Shown: positions 38,953 through 49,371, counted from the first letter of the stretch. The stretch: 64,000 nt of DNA from Alphaproteobacteria bacterium (GCA_965243135.1 OZ251539.1:2528001-2592000), one strand, 5' to 3'. Made by a program: numbers and translations. Notes: generated by a model not told the origin, from the letters alone.

Positions 38953-41900
38953 ATGTCTGAACAGGGCTCGAAGGAGCGCCTCAACGAGTTTCCGCAACTG
39001 TCCGCGCGGATGCCGGAAATCGACCGGGAAATCGTCGATTACTGGAAGAAGGACGGCACGTTCGAGGCGTCCGTGCGGCAGCGTCCGAGGGACCGCGAGT
39101 ACGTCTTCTACGACGGGCCGCCCTTCGCCAACGGGCTGCCCCATTACGGGCACCTGCTGACGGGCTTCGTCAAGGACGTCATTCCGCGCTTCCAGACGAT
39201 GGCGAACCGGCGCGTCGAGCGGCGGTTCGGCTGGGACACGCACGGCTTGCCGGCGGAGCTCGCCGCCGAGGAGGCGGTCGGGATCTCCGGACGCAAGGCG
39301 ATCGTCGAGTTCGGCGTCGGCCGGTTCAACGAAGCGTGCCGCGAGTCGGTCCTGAAGTTCACCGGCGAGTGGGAGGAATACGTCACGCGGCAGGCGCGCT
39401 GGGTGGATTTCGAGGATTCCTACAAGACGCTGGACCGCGACTACATGGAGAGTTGCCTGTGGGCGTTCAAGCAGCTCCACGACCGGGGCTTCGTCTACAA
39501 GGACTACCGCGTCGTTCCCTATAGCTGGGCGGTGCAGTCGCCGCTCTCGAACTTCGAGACGCGGCTCGACGATTCGTACCGGACCAGGACGGATCCGGCC
39601 GTCACGGTCGCGTTGCGCCGCGAAGGCGGCGGGGCGGAAGAATTCCTCCTCGTCTGGACGACGACGCCATGGACCCTGCCGTCCAATCTCGCCGTCGCGG
39701 TCGGGCCGGACATCGACTACGCGATCATGGAGACGGACGGGCGGCGCTACGTCCTCTCGGCGAACGCGTTGCCGAGATACGAAAAGCAGTTCGAAGGGGC
39801 GGCGCAAGTCGGCGCGATCAAGGGCGCCGAGCTCGTCGGATCGGCCTACGACCCGCCGTTCGCGTACTTCGGGGAGACCGAAAACGCTTTCCGCGTCCTC
39901 GCCGCGGACTTCGTCGAGGACGAGGAAGGCACGGGCCTCGTCCACATGGCGCCCGGCTTCGGGGAGGACGACCTCCTGACCTGCAGGGCCGCGGGCATCG
40001 GCGTGGTGGTGCCGGTCGACGAGGCCGGCAGGTTCACCGACCCGGTGACCGACTACGAGGGCATGCAGGTGTTCGAGGCCAACGAGCCCATCATCCGCAG
40101 GCTCAAGGAAAGCGGCCTGCTTTTTCGCCGCGACACCGTCGATCACAACTATCCCCATTGCTGGCGAACGGACGAGCCGCTGATCTACAGGGCGGTGGAA
40201 AGCTGGTATCTGAAGGTCAGCGCGTTCAGGGACCGGATGACGGCCCACAATCGGAAGATAAACTGGATCCCGGGCCACGTGCGGGACGGCCTTTTCGGAA
40301 ACTGGCTGGAGAACGCCGCCGACTGGAACATCAGCCGCAGCCGATTCTGGGGCACGCCCATCCCGGTATGGGCGAGCGACGATCCGGAGCGCCCGCGAGT
40401 CGACGTCTACGGCTCCATCGCCGAGCTCGAACGGGATTTCGGCGTCGAGGTCCGGGACCTGCACCGTCCGTTCATCGATTCGCTGACGCGCCCCAATCCC
40501 GACGACCCGACGGGCCGCTCGACGATGCGCCGCGTCGAGGACGTGTTCGACTGCTGGTTCGAATCCGGCGCGATGCCGTTCGCCTCGATCCACTACCCGT
40601 TCGAAAACAAGGAGTGGTTCGAGACCCATTTTCCGGCGGACTTCATCGTCGAGTACGTCGCCCAGACGCGGGGATGGTTCTACACGCTCATGGTGCTGGG
40701 AACGATGCTGTTCGACTCCCCGCCGTTCACCAACGCCATCTGCCACGGCGTCGTGCTGGACGAAAACCGCCAGAAGCTCTCGAAACGGCTGCGCAACTAT
40801 CCCGATCCCCTCGAGTTCTTCGACGAGTACGGGGCGGACACGATGCGCTGGTTCCTCGTCTCGTCGCCGGTGCTGACCGGCGGCGACATCGTCATCCCGC
40901 GCGAGGCGCGCGCGATCGCGCAGGTCCAGCGCGAGGCGATCTCTCCCCTGCTCAACGCCTATTCCTTCTTCGCGTTGTACGCCAATCTCGAAAGCCTCGA
41001 GCCCGCCGCGATCTCCGACGCGGGCGACGCGATGGACCGCTACATCCTCGTCAAGCTGGGAGTTCTCGCGAAAGACGCGCATTCCGCGCTGTCGCGGTAC
41101 GATATCCCCGAGGCCTGCCGGGCCGCCGCGACCTTCATGGACATCCTGACCAACTGGTACATCCGGAGAAGCCGCAACCGGTTCTGGGAAGAGGATTACT
41201 CGAAGTCGAAGCACGACGCGTTCAACGTCCTCTACACCGTTCTCGTAAGGTGTTGCGAGATTCTCTCGCCCCTGCTGCCGATCCTCGCGGAGAAGCTCTA
41301 TCGCGGACTGACCGGCGCGCGGTCGGTGCATCTCGCCGACTGGCCGGACGCGCGGTCGTTCCCGGACGACGGCGCGCTCGCGCACGAGATGGACCTCGTC
41401 CGCGGAGCCTGCTCGGCGGGCCTCGGCGTCAGGGACCGCTTCCGCCTGCGCGTGAGGCTGCCGCTGAAGCGCGCGGTCGTCGCGCATCCGGACGCCCCCG
41501 CCCTCAAGAAGTACGCCGCGACCGTCCGCGACGAGCTGAACGTCAGACAAGTGGAATTCTCCGACGACCTCGCCGCCTTCGGCAAGCGTCAGATCAAGGT
41601 CGATCCCCGGATCGGCAAGCGCCTCGGGCACAAGATGAAGGAGGTGCTCGCGGCCGCCCGAAAAGGCGAGCACGAGCTGCTGGAAGACGGCCGGGCCCTC
41701 GTCGCCGGCGAGACGCTCGACCGGAACGAGTTCGAGATGCGGCTGATCTGCGACGACGGCGGCGAGGCGGAATCCTTCGGCGGGACCGGGGCCGTCGTCC
41801 TCGACATCTCGGTCGACGAGGAGCAGAAGCGGGAAGGCACGGCGCGCGATCTGGTCAGGGTCGTCCAGAACGCCCGCAAGGACGCCGGCCTGCACGTTTC

Positions 41901-42093
41901 GGACCGGATCGCGCTCGGGGTCGACGGCTCGCCCGCCGTCGTCGAGGCGGCGAAACGCCACGCGGCGCTGATCGCCTCCCAGACGCTCGCCCTCGATCTC
42001 GAATTCGGCGTCGGCGACGGCGCCGTGAGCGAGCACGAGATGCGGGGCGAGAAATTCAGGCTGTCGATCAGGAAAGCGGAACGGCAGGCCTGA
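38953..42093 (+). CDS. ileS: Isoleucine--tRNA ligase, type 2 (IleRS2)
   Basis: GPPFANGLPHYGH, WTTTPWTLP, DWNISRSRFWGTP, QTRGWFY, KLSKR; long C-terminus without the IleRS1 zinc finger. Confidence 0.96.
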   Translation: MSEQGSKERLNEFPQLSARMPEIDREIVDYWKKDGTFEASVRQRPRDREYVFYDGPPFANGLPHYGHLLTGFVKDVIPRFQTMANRRVERRFGWDTHGLPAELAAEEAVGISGRKAIVEFGVGRFNEACRESVLKFTGEWEEYVTRQARWVDFEDSYKTLDRDYMESCLWAFKQLHDRGFVYKDYRVVPYSWAVQSPLSNFETRLDDSYRTRTDPAVTVALRREGGGAEEFLLVWTTTPWTLPSNLAVAVGPDIDYAIMETDGRRYVLSANALPRYEKQFEGAAQVGAIKGAELVGSAYDPPFAYFGETENAFRVLAADFVEDEEGTGLVHMAPGFGEDDLLTCRAAGIGVVVPVDEAGRFTDPVTDYEGMQVFEANEPIIRRLKESGLLFRRDTVDHNYPHCWRTDEPLIYRAVESWYLKVSAFRDRMTAHNRKINWIPGHVRDGLFGNWLENAADWNISRSRFWGTPIPVWASDDPERPRVDVYGSIAELERDFGVEVRDLHRPFIDSLTRPNPDDPTGRSTMRRVEDVFDCWFESGAMPFASIHYPFENKEWFETHFPADFIVEYVAQTRGWFYTLMVLGTMLFDSPPFTNAICHGVVLDENRQKLSKRLRNYPDPLEFFDEYGADTMRWFLVSSPVLTGGDIVIPREARAIAQVQREAISPLLNAYSFFALYANLESLEPAAISDAGDAMDRYILVKLGVLAKDAHSALSRYDIPEACRAAATFMDILTNWYIRRSRNRFWEEDYSKSKHDAFNVLYTVLVRCCEILSPLLPILAEKLYRGLTGARSVHLADWPDARSFPDDGALAHEMDLVRGACSAGLGVRDRFRLRVRLPLKRAVVAHPDAPALKKYAATVRDELNVRQVEFSDDLAAFGKRQIKVDPRIGKRLGHKMKEVLAAARKGEHELLEDGRALVAGETLDRNEFEMRLICDDGGEAESFGGTGAVVLDISVDEEQKREGTARDLVRVVQNARKDAGLHVSDRIALGVDGSPAVVEAAKRHAALIASQTLALDLEFGVGDGAVSEHEMRGEKFRLSIRKAERQA

Positions 42094-42120
42094 AACGCTC
42101 GCCGGACCGCTCGCCGCGGC

Positions 42121-43290
42121 TCATCCGGCCGTTCCCGCCGCGACCCCGAGTTCCTGAACCATGGGATCGTAGGCGTAGACCCAGTCCGGATTCGTTTCGC
42201 GGCGCATCCACTTGTTGAGGCGCGAGTGGAGCTGGACGTCGGAGGTCCGGGCCTTGCGGCTCGCTTCGTAAAGTTCGAACGCCGCGCTCGGATCCCGGTA
42301 CCCGCAGGCTTCCAGGCATCTGACCAAAATCGCGGCGTCCTCGGCCGCCATGGCTGCGCCCTGGCCGAGATGCGGCTTCATCGGGTGGCAGGCGTCTCCG
42401 AGCAGCACGATCCGCCCCGAACTCCAGAGAGGCAGCGGGTCGCGCTCCAGAAGCGGCCATTTCGTCGCGGCCGGACAGGCGTGGAGCACCTGCATCAAAT
42501 CGTCGTGGAACCCGTCGAACATGGCGATCATCTCGTCCAGATCGGCCTCCGCCCAAGGGGCGTCGCTGTCCCAGCCGGGATCCGGAACGCCCGAGACGAT
42601 ATAGACCTCGTCCCTGTTTCGCGTCAGGTAGTAGACGAGGATGTGGCGGTCGTCGTTCGCTTCGTGCGTGTCGTCCGACCACCATTTGGTAAGGTCGTGC
42701 GGAATGGGCGCTTTCACGAGCTCGCGCGGGAAGATCGCTCGATGAGCCACGAAGCCGGTGTATTTCGGCTCTTCCGGGCCGAGCAGGATATCGCGCACCG
42801 TCGAGTTGATTCCGTCCGCGCCGATGACGATCTCCGCTTCCGCCCGGTCCCCGTCCTCGAACGCCAGTTCGACGCGGGACGTCTTCTCGGTCATCCCGAC
42901 GAGTTTCTTGCCGAACCGGATCGTTCCCGGCCGCACGGCTTCGGCAAGCACCGCGTGAAAGTCGCCGCGATGAATCAGCAGGTACGGCGCCCCGTATTTT
43001 CGGACGCTGTCGCCCTTCAACCTGAACTCGAACTGCATGCGCCCGGTATTCCACTCGCGGTTCGTCCAGGCCGCCGGTTCGACGCCGATCCGCAGCAACC
43101 GGCCCTCGACGCCGATTTCCCGAAGCACCTTCATGACGTTGGGGCCGAGATTGATCCCGGCGCCGAGCCGCGAGAACTCCGGCGCCTGCTCGTAGACCGC
43201 GACGTCGCGGCCGCGCGCCTGCAGCATCGCCGCCGCGGGAAGCCCCCCGAGGCCGGCGCCGATGACGGCAATGGGCGGGTTGTCGCTCAT
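42121..43290 (-). CDS. FAD-dependent monooxygenase, 6-hydroxynicotinate 3-monooxygenase (NicC)-like
   Basis: GAGLGG, RLGAGINLGPNVMK, GADG, VAHRA, KWW, LLGDACHPMKPH, PDWVYAYD; next to nicX. Confidence 0.85.
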   Translation of the reverse strand: MSDNPPIAVIGAGLGGLPAAAMLQARGRDVAVYEQAPEFSRLGAGINLGPNVMKVLREIGVEGRLLRIGVEPAAWTNREWNTGRMQFEFRLKGDSVRKYGAPYLLIHRGDFHAVLAEAVRPGTIRFGKKLVGMTEKTSRVELAFEDGDRAEAEIVIGADGINSTVRDILLGPEEPKYTGFVAHRAIFPRELVKAPIPHDLTKWWSDDTHEANDDRHILVYYLTRNRDEVYIVSGVPDPGWDSDAPWAEADLDEMIAMFDGFHDDLMQVLHACPAATKWPLLERDPLPLWSSGRIVLLGDACHPMKPHLGQGAAMAAEDAAILVRCLEACGYRDPSAAFELYEASRKARTSDVQLHSRLNKWMRRETNPDWVYAYDPMVQELGVAAGTAG

Positions 43291-43504
43291 ACCTTCTCCT
43301 TCGCCCTTGCGCCGGCCGGGCGACGCCGCGCGAATGGCGAACGGGCGCCGCCCCGGCCCGCGAACCGGAAGAAGGCGGCCCGCGGCGCGCGCCGCTTCGG
43401 CGCGCCCGGCAACGGTCTTTCGCGTTTCCCCGACGCCGCTTCGCCGGAGCGTTCCGCCGCCGAGCCGCAGCCGAACGAAGGGCTCGCAGGCGGGAACGCG
43501 GGAG

Positions 43505-44563
43505 TCACGACGCGTCCGCGGAAACCCTCCCCGCCTGAAGGTCGGACGGGACGATCCTTCCGTCCCTCACGATTTCGGCGCCGTCGAGGGTGAGCGTGCA
43601 GTTTCGGAGCGGCATGTCCAGATGGCACGGCGTGTCGTTCGCTCCGCCCAGCTCGCGGTTGGGGCCGGTGGAAAACAGAACGTTGCCGTAGAACGCCAAC
43701 GCGTCCATGCCGATTTCCCGCTGGGGATCGGCGACCGCCATGTGATGCCAGTCGGCGCGATGATTCAGGCCCCAGCCGATGTGGGATACGGCGTAGGCCC
43801 GCGGGTCGCCGAAGCTCTCCATGTAGTTCCGCAGCAGCGAGGCCTCGAGACCCTTGCCCTCGATCTTCGTGACGAAACCGCGTTCGATCGTGAACCTGAC
43901 CGGATTTTCGACGTAGCGCCGGAAGGCGCAGACGATGTCTCCCGGCGAGAGAACGACGGCGCCGTCCACGCCGTCGTCGTCTCCGCCGGTGAACAGGAAG
44001 CCGCTGGGCCAGTGATCCCACCGTCCCGGCTCGTCGGTGAATCCGTACTCCGTGATCACCGGATAATTCCCCAGCCTGTAAACGACGTCGGTGCCCGACG
44101 GCGAGGTAATGCGCATTTCCTTCGCCTTGCCGAGATATTCCGCCCCGCGCTCGACGCGCCTGCGCAAATCCGCGTCGGGGAACATGCGGCGCAGAACCTC
44201 GACGGGTTCCATGACCAGCAGCATTCGCGTTCCCGATTCCGTGATTTCCAGCTGTTCGTCCGAGAACAGCAGGAACATCAGGTCGATCACGATGTCCGAA
44301 CTCTTCAAGGCGTCGATAACGGCCCTGTTCCCCGCGAGCGCGGTCTTTCCCATGTTGCCGGCGAATCCCTGGGACGCCATGCGCGGAGCCACGTTGACGT
44401 GGAAGGCGGCGGCGCCGAGTTCCTGCGCGGCAATGAGAAAGGCTTCCGCGTAATCCGCCCGGCTGCCGGTCTCCGCAAGCACGGAAACCGTCTGACCGGG
44501 GCCTACCTTGCAGAGTTCCAATTCGGCCTTGAACAGCGAAACCAGCGTCGTGTCGGCAGTCAT
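43505..44563 (-). CDS. nicX: 2,5-dihydroxypyridine 5,6-dioxygenase
   Basis: EYGFTDEPGRWDHWPSGFLFT, SHIGWGL, AFYGNVLFSTGPN, PCHLDMPLRNC. Confidence 0.88.
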   Translation of the reverse strand: MTADTTLVSLFKAELELCKVGPGQTVSVLAETGSRADYAEAFLIAAQELGAAAFHVNVAPRMASQGFAGNMGKTALAGNRAVIDALKSSDIVIDLMFLLFSDEQLEITESGTRMLLVMEPVEVLRRMFPDADLRRRVERGAEYLGKAKEMRITSPSGTDVVYRLGNYPVITEYGFTDEPGRWDHWPSGFLFTGGDDDGVDGAVVLSPGDIVCAFRRYVENPVRFTIERGFVTKIEGKGLEASLLRNYMESFGDPRAYAVSHIGWGLNHRADWHHMAVADPQREIGMDALAFYGNVLFSTGPNRELGGANDTPCHLDMPLRNCTLTLDGAEIVRDGRIVPSDLQAGRVSADAS

Positions 44564-44658
44564 TCTCTCCTCCCCTGTCCGCCATTCCCGAAAGCGGCGA
44601 CCCGGACATTCTATCAGCGCCGGCGCCGGAGCGGCAGCGAATTCTGACGGGCCTCCGC

Positions 44659-44687
44659 TTGACATGGCGTCGAGGCGCGGCGACCAT
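44659..44687 (+). promoter_or_regulatory. Putative sigma70 promoter of the TRAP operon
   Basis: TTGACA-N17-GACCAT ending 30 bp upstream of the dctP ATG. Confidence 0.45.
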
Positions 44688-44717
44688 CCGGTTCCGAACA
44701 AAACAGGGAGAAAATTC

Positions 44718-45716
44718 ATGAAACGTTTTCGGCTCATGGGCTGGGCGCTTGTCGGCGCGTTCGCCCTCGGGATCGGCGGCGCCGTCGCCGCCGAGGTCAC
44801 GCTGAAGACCATAACCGCGCTGCCGCGCAAGCATCCGCTGAACGAACCGGTCGATCACTTCACCAAGCTGGTCCACAAGTATTCCAACGACCGTATCGCA
44901 ATCCGGTACATCGGGGCCGGCGACACCATTCCCGTGCCCGAGCAGATGAAGGGCCTGACCCGCGGCGTCGTCGACGTATTCTACGGACCGATGTCGTACT
45001 ATCAGGGATCGATCCCCGAAGTGCAGGCTCTCAACGGCAGCAACAAACATGCCATGAACGTGCGCAGCAGCGGCGGACTCGCGCTGCTGAACAAGTTCGT
45101 CAACGAGCGGCTGCAAGGCGAATTGATCGGATATTACGCTTCCGGCTACACGTTCTACATCTACACGAAGAATCAACCGAAGATCGGCGCCGACGGCCTG
45201 CCGGATCTGACCGGCCTGAAGCTGCGCGCGGCTCCGATCTACCGCGAGATGTTCGCCCAGTTCGGCGCCAGCACCGTTCTCGTTCACGTCGCCGAGATCT
45301 TCACCGCCCTGGAGCGCGGGGTCGTCGACGGCATCGGATGGATCGGGCCGTTCGTCACCAACCTCGGCTGGGACAAGTTCCTGAAATACCGGATCACGCC
45401 GGCTTACTGGCAGGGCGATATCGTGCTCGTCGTCAACAAGGGCAAGTGGGACGGACTCGACCTCGCGTCGCAGCGCGCGATCACCCGAGCGGCGATCGAA
45501 ACAGAGTTCTACGCCCACGACCTCTTCACCCGATACAGCGCCGAGGAAGAGAAAAAACTGGCGGAACGCGGCATGGTCAACGTCGACCTCGAGGGCGACG
45601 CGGCGAAACGCTACCTGTCGGTCGCCTACGACATCGGCGTATGGAAAGGCATGGCCAAGAACGGCGTTCCGGAGGAAGTCATAGAGGATTTCAAGGCGCG
45701 CATGCACCGTCCGTGA
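44718..45716 (+). CDS. dctP: TRAP transporter substrate-binding protein
   Basis: Signal peptide, DLTGLKLR, EIFTALERGVVDG; upstream of dctQ and dctM. Confidence 0.9.
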   Translation: MKRFRLMGWALVGAFALGIGGAVAAEVTLKTITALPRKHPLNEPVDHFTKLVHKYSNDRIAIRYIGAGDTIPVPEQMKGLTRGVVDVFYGPMSYYQGSIPEVQALNGSNKHAMNVRSSGGLALLNKFVNERLQGELIGYYASGYTFYIYTKNQPKIGADGLPDLTGLKLRAAPIYREMFAQFGASTVLVHVAEIFTALERGVVDGIGWIGPFVTNLGWDKFLKYRITPAYWQGDIVLVVNKGKWDGLDLASQRAITRAAIETEFYAHDLFTRYSAEEEKKLAERGMVNVDLEGDAAKRYLSVAYDIGVWKGMAKNGVPEEVIEDFKARMHRP

Positions 45717-45735
45717 CGGAAGGCGGCGACCTCCT

Positions 45736-46236
45736 TTGTTCTTCAAGGCCTACGACCGGTTGATCGACGCCCTCGCCTTCGTCGGCGGGGTCGTCGTCGC
45801 CGGCATCTTCCTCGCCATCGTCTACGACGTGACCATCCGCACCATCGGACTGCGAACGCCGCTGTGGACCGTGGCGCTCGCCGAATACGGACTGCTCTAC
45901 GCGACGCTGCTGGCCAGTCCCTGGGTTTTGCGCCGCAAGTCGCACGTGTTCATCACCATTCTCACCGGACGCCTTCGCGGCGCGGCGCGGACGACGGTGG
46001 AGAAATTCGGCTATTCCGCCGCCTGCGTCGTATGCCTGCTGCTCGCCGGCGTTTCGCTCGGAGTCGCGATCGACGAATTCCACAGGGGCATCGTCGACAT
46101 CCGGACCTTTCGAACGCCGTTCTGGATCGTCACGGCGCCTATGCCGCTGAGTTTCCTGCTGCTCGCGATCCAGTTCGTCCGTTTCCTGCTCGGCCCGGAG
46201 TCGATGCTGGAAAGCGACCGGCAAAGGGGGCTCTGA
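45736..46236 (+). CDS. dctQ: TRAP transporter small permease
   Basis: Four TM segments, YDVTIR, HVFI; lies between dctP and dctM. Confidence 0.85.
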   Translation: MFFKAYDRLIDALAFVGGVVVAGIFLAIVYDVTIRTIGLRTPLWTVALAEYGLLYATLLASPWVLRRKSHVFITILTGRLRGAARTTVEKFGYSAACVVCLLLAGVSLGVAIDEFHRGIVDIRTFRTPFWIVTAPMPLSFLLLAIQFVRFLLGPESMLESDRQRGL

Positions 46237-46237
46237 C

Positions 46238-47557
46238 GTGGCGTGGTACGAGATCGGCGGCATGATGATCGGCCTCGTCGTGGGGCTGATGGCGCTGGGC
46301 ATTCCCGTCGCTTTCGCCTTTCTTCTGGCGAACGTCATCGGCGCTTACCTGTTCATGGGCGGGGTCGCCGGCATCGAGCAGCTCGTCAACAATTGCACGC
46401 GCTCGATAAGCAGCTTCCTGCTCGTCCCGGTGCCGCTCTTCATCCTGATGGGAGAAATTTTCTTCCATACCGGCCTTTCGAACCGGATCTTCGAGACCCT
46501 CGACAAGCTGTTCGGCCGCCTGCCGGGCCGCCTGTCCTACATGGCCGTCGCCGGCGGCACCATCTTCGCGGCGCTCTCCGGATCGAGCATCTCGACGACC
46601 GCCATGATGGGCACGAGCATGGTCCCGGAAATGACCGCCCGCGGCTACAAGAAGCACATGGCGATGGGCCCGATCCTCGGAAGCGGCAGCCTCGCCATCC
46701 TCATTCCGCCTTCGGCCCTCACCGTGCTGCTCGGCAGCCTCGCCTTTCTCGACATCGGCGCCCTGCTCATCGGCGGCGTGCTCCCCGGCCTGTTCCTCGC
46801 GCTCCTCTACGCCGCGACGATCTACATCCTGATCCGGATCGATCCCTCGGCCGCGCCGCAATACGACGTCGAAACGGCGCCGTTCCTCGAAAAACTTAAG
46901 CTGATCGCCGTCTATCTCCTGCCGCTCGGCCTCGTGTTCTTCCTCGTGGTCGGGTTCATCGTCCTCGGCATCGCGACGCCGTCCGAATCCGCCGCGTTCG
47001 GCGTCCTGGGCGTCATCGCGCTTGCCGTCGCTTTCGGTTGCTTCAGCTGGGAAGCGCTTCGCAAGTCTCTCGAAGGAACGCTGGTCGTCACCGTAATGGT
47101 GCTGATGATCCTGCTCGGATCCTCGACCTTTTCCCAGATAATGGCGTTCTCGGGCGCCAGTTCCGAACTGGTGGCCTGGGCGACCGATTTCGAGCTTCCG
47201 GCCCTCGTCATGCTGCTGGCGATGTTCGCGGTCCTGATCGTGCTCGGCATGTTCGTCGATCAGATCTCGCAGATGATGCTGACGATACCGCTGTTCCTGC
47301 CGCTCGCGAAGTCTTTGGGCTTCGATCCGATATGGTTCGGCATCGTCGTCATCCTGGCGCTCGAGATCAGCACGGTGACGCCGCCGTTCGGCCTGTTGCT
47401 TTTCGTCATGATGGGCGTGGCGCCGCCGAACACCTCCTTCGGCGAGGTCGTGATCGCCGGCCTGCCCTACATCGCCTGCGCGTTCGTGATGCTCGCGCTG
47501 CTCGTGGCGTTCCCCGAAATCGTCCTGTTCCTGCCCGACCTCATGTCGCCGGGGTAG
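46238..47557 (+). CDS. dctM: TRAP transporter large permease
   Basis: VPLFILMG, FAALSGSS, LIPPS, ATPSESAA, TPPFG. Confidence 0.93.
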   Translation: MAWYEIGGMMIGLVVGLMALGIPVAFAFLLANVIGAYLFMGGVAGIEQLVNNCTRSISSFLLVPVPLFILMGEIFFHTGLSNRIFETLDKLFGRLPGRLSYMAVAGGTIFAALSGSSISTTAMMGTSMVPEMTARGYKKHMAMGPILGSGSLAILIPPSALTVLLGSLAFLDIGALLIGGVLPGLFLALLYAATIYILIRIDPSAAPQYDVETAPFLEKLKLIAVYLLPLGLVFFLVVGFIVLGIATPSESAAFGVLGVIALAVAFGCFSWEALRKSLEGTLVVTVMVLMILLGSSTFSQIMAFSGASSELVAWATDFELPALVMLLAMFAVLIVLGMFVDQISQMMLTIPLFLPLAKSLGFDPIWFGIVVILALEISTVTPPFGLLLFVMMGVAPPNTSFGEVVIAGLPYIACAFVMLALLVAFPEIVLFLPDLMSPG

Positions 47558-48590
47558 CGTTCGCGCCGTCCGGCGCAGGAAGAGCCTCCTCCTCGACCAG
47601 CCGGTCGACCCAGCGTTGCGCCTGGGTCACGCCCTTGTCGACGCTCCACCGGATCGGACGCTCCGGGGCGGGTGCCCGATCGATCATGACCTGCTGCGGT
47701 TCGATCACGGCGACATCCTCGTCGAAGGTGCTCTTGTTCGCCTGGAACATCCATTCGGTGAGCGCCTCGTCCTCGAGTTCCATGTTGCGGAGAAGCGACC
47801 AGAAGTAGAGGGTCGTACGGTCGGTCTCCGGGGTCAGCGCGTTCAGGACGCGCATTTCGACGGCATGGTTCTCCCGCTCCGCGCCGGCGACGCGCAGGTG
47901 AATGACGATATTGCCGGGCGGCGTGAATTCGATTCGCTGGCGGTGATTCACGCTATCCGCGAATCCGCCGCAACGCGCGAAGAACGGCGAAGGCGCGATA
48001 TCCCGCATATCGCGCGTCACGGTCAGCCGCTCTCCGTCGAAACCGGTTTCCGTAGGAAACTCGATGACCCCGTCGGTCGCAAGCGTCTGCAGGTGCACGA
48101 AATGCGCATGGGTGAGATCCAGCAAGTTGTCGCGCAACAGGCCGTAATTCGCCTTGACGCGCAGCGTTTCGCCCTTGCCGACCCATTCCGGATCGTCCTT
48201 CCAGTGGAAATCCGGAAGAAGCGCCGGATCGGCGCGCCCCGCTTCCCCCGGCCACAGAAACACCCAGCCCCAGCGTTCGACCGCCGGATAGGCGCGCGTG
48301 CGCGCGCCGACGGGAATTCGGGACTGGCCGGGCACATGGACGCAGGCTCCGTCGGCGTCGAAGCGAAGGCCGTGGTAGCCGCACTGGATTTCGCCGTCGA
48401 CCACGCGGCCTCGCGACAACGGCGCGTCGCGATGCGGACAGCGGTCGGCAAGCGCGGAGATTCGTCCGTCGCGGCGGCGCCACAACACGACCGGTTCGCC
48501 GCAAATCCAGCGCTGCAACGGAACCTCGCCGACTTCGCGGTCCCAGGCGCAGACGTACCAGGCATTCCTGACAAGGCCGGTGCCGTTCAT
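47541..48590 (-). CDS. Rieske non-heme iron oxygenase alpha subunit (VanA-like)
   Basis: RNAWY, CPH...CGYHG Rieske motif, DNLLDLTHAHFVH, FDED. Confidence 0.92.
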   Translation of the reverse strand: MNGTGLVRNAWYVCAWDREVGEVPLQRWICGEPVVLWRRRDGRISALADRCPHRDAPLSRGRVVDGEIQCGYHGLRFDADGACVHVPGQSRIPVGARTRAYPAVERWGWVFLWPGEAGRADPALLPDFHWKDDPEWVGKGETLRVKANYGLLRDNLLDLTHAHFVHLQTLATDGVIEFPTETGFDGERLTVTRDMRDIAPSPFFARCGGFADSVNHRQRIEFTPPGNIVIHLRVAGAERENHAVEMRVLNALTPETDRTTLYFWSLLRNMELEDEALTEWMFQANKSTFDEDVAVIEPQQVMIDRAPAPERPIRWSVDKGVTQAQRWVDRLVEEEALPAPDGANATPAT

Positions 48591-48597
48591 CGCTCCC

Positions 48598-49371
48598 CTA
48601 CAAATGCACGCAGCCGCCATCGACCGCGATCGACTGGCCGGTCAGATAGCCGCTTGCGGGCGACGCCAGGAAGAGCAGCATGCCGACCAGGTCGCCCGGC
48701 TCGCCGAGATGCTTGACGCACTGCATGTCCAGCACCCGTTGCCGGACCGCGTCGGTGCGTCCCTGATTGTCGACCTCCGTCTCGATAAGGCCGGGCAGAA
48801 TCGCGTTGACGGTGATGCCGTCGCCCCCGAGTTCGCGCGCCATCGAGCGGGTCATGCCGATCACCGCGGCCTTCGAGGTGACGTAATGCAGGAAACCCGC
48901 CATCCCGAGCGGCACCGTGGAGGACGAAATGTTGACGATCCTTCCCCAACCCGCCGCGCGCATGTCGGGCAGCGCCGCGCGGGCGCAAAGCATCGAACCG
49001 GTGACGTTGACCCGCAACACCCGCTCCCATTCGTCGAGCGGAATGTCCTCGAAGCCGCTGCGCCCGAGTTGCGAGAAAATCGCGGCGTTGTTGACCAGCA
49101 CCTCCAGACGCCCGAAGGCGTCCCGGGCTGCGGCGAACATCGCCTGCACCGAATCAGGGTCGCCGACGTCGGCGGCGGCGGCGCGGGATTGTCCGCCCTC
49201 CCGCGAGATCTCGTCCGCGACGCGGGCTGCGTTCTCCGCATCGATGTCGGAGACGACGACGCGGGCGCCGGCGCGAGCGAACTCGCGCGCGTAGACGCGG
49301 CCAATTCCCTGACCCGCCCCCGTGACGACAACCGCACGGCCGCGTACGTTCGTTTCGAAGGAACCGGCCAT
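48598..49371 (-). CDS. SDR family oxidoreductase
   Basis: TGAGQGIG, NNAA, YVTSK. Confidence 0.92.
   Translation of the reverse strand: MAGSFETNVRGRAVVVTGAGQGIGRVYAREFARAGARVVVSDIDAENAARVADEISREGGQSRAAAADVGDPDSVQAMFAAARDAFGRLEVLVNNAAIFSQLGRSGFEDIPLDEWERVLRVNVTGSMLCARAALPDMRAAGWGRIVNISSSTVPLGMAGFLHYVTSKAAVIGMTRSMARELGGDGITVNAILPGLIETEVDNQGRTDAVRQRVLDMQCVKHLGEPGDLVGMLLFLASPASGYLTGQSIAVDGGCVHL

Noticed and set aside
38167-42036. 1289-aa minus-strand ORF and similar long antisense or alternate-frame ORFs (34150..36624, 10033..12204, 49322..51514, 43287..45746)
   Set aside because: Shadow ORFs of well-supported genes in high-GC DNA, with no recognisable motifs.
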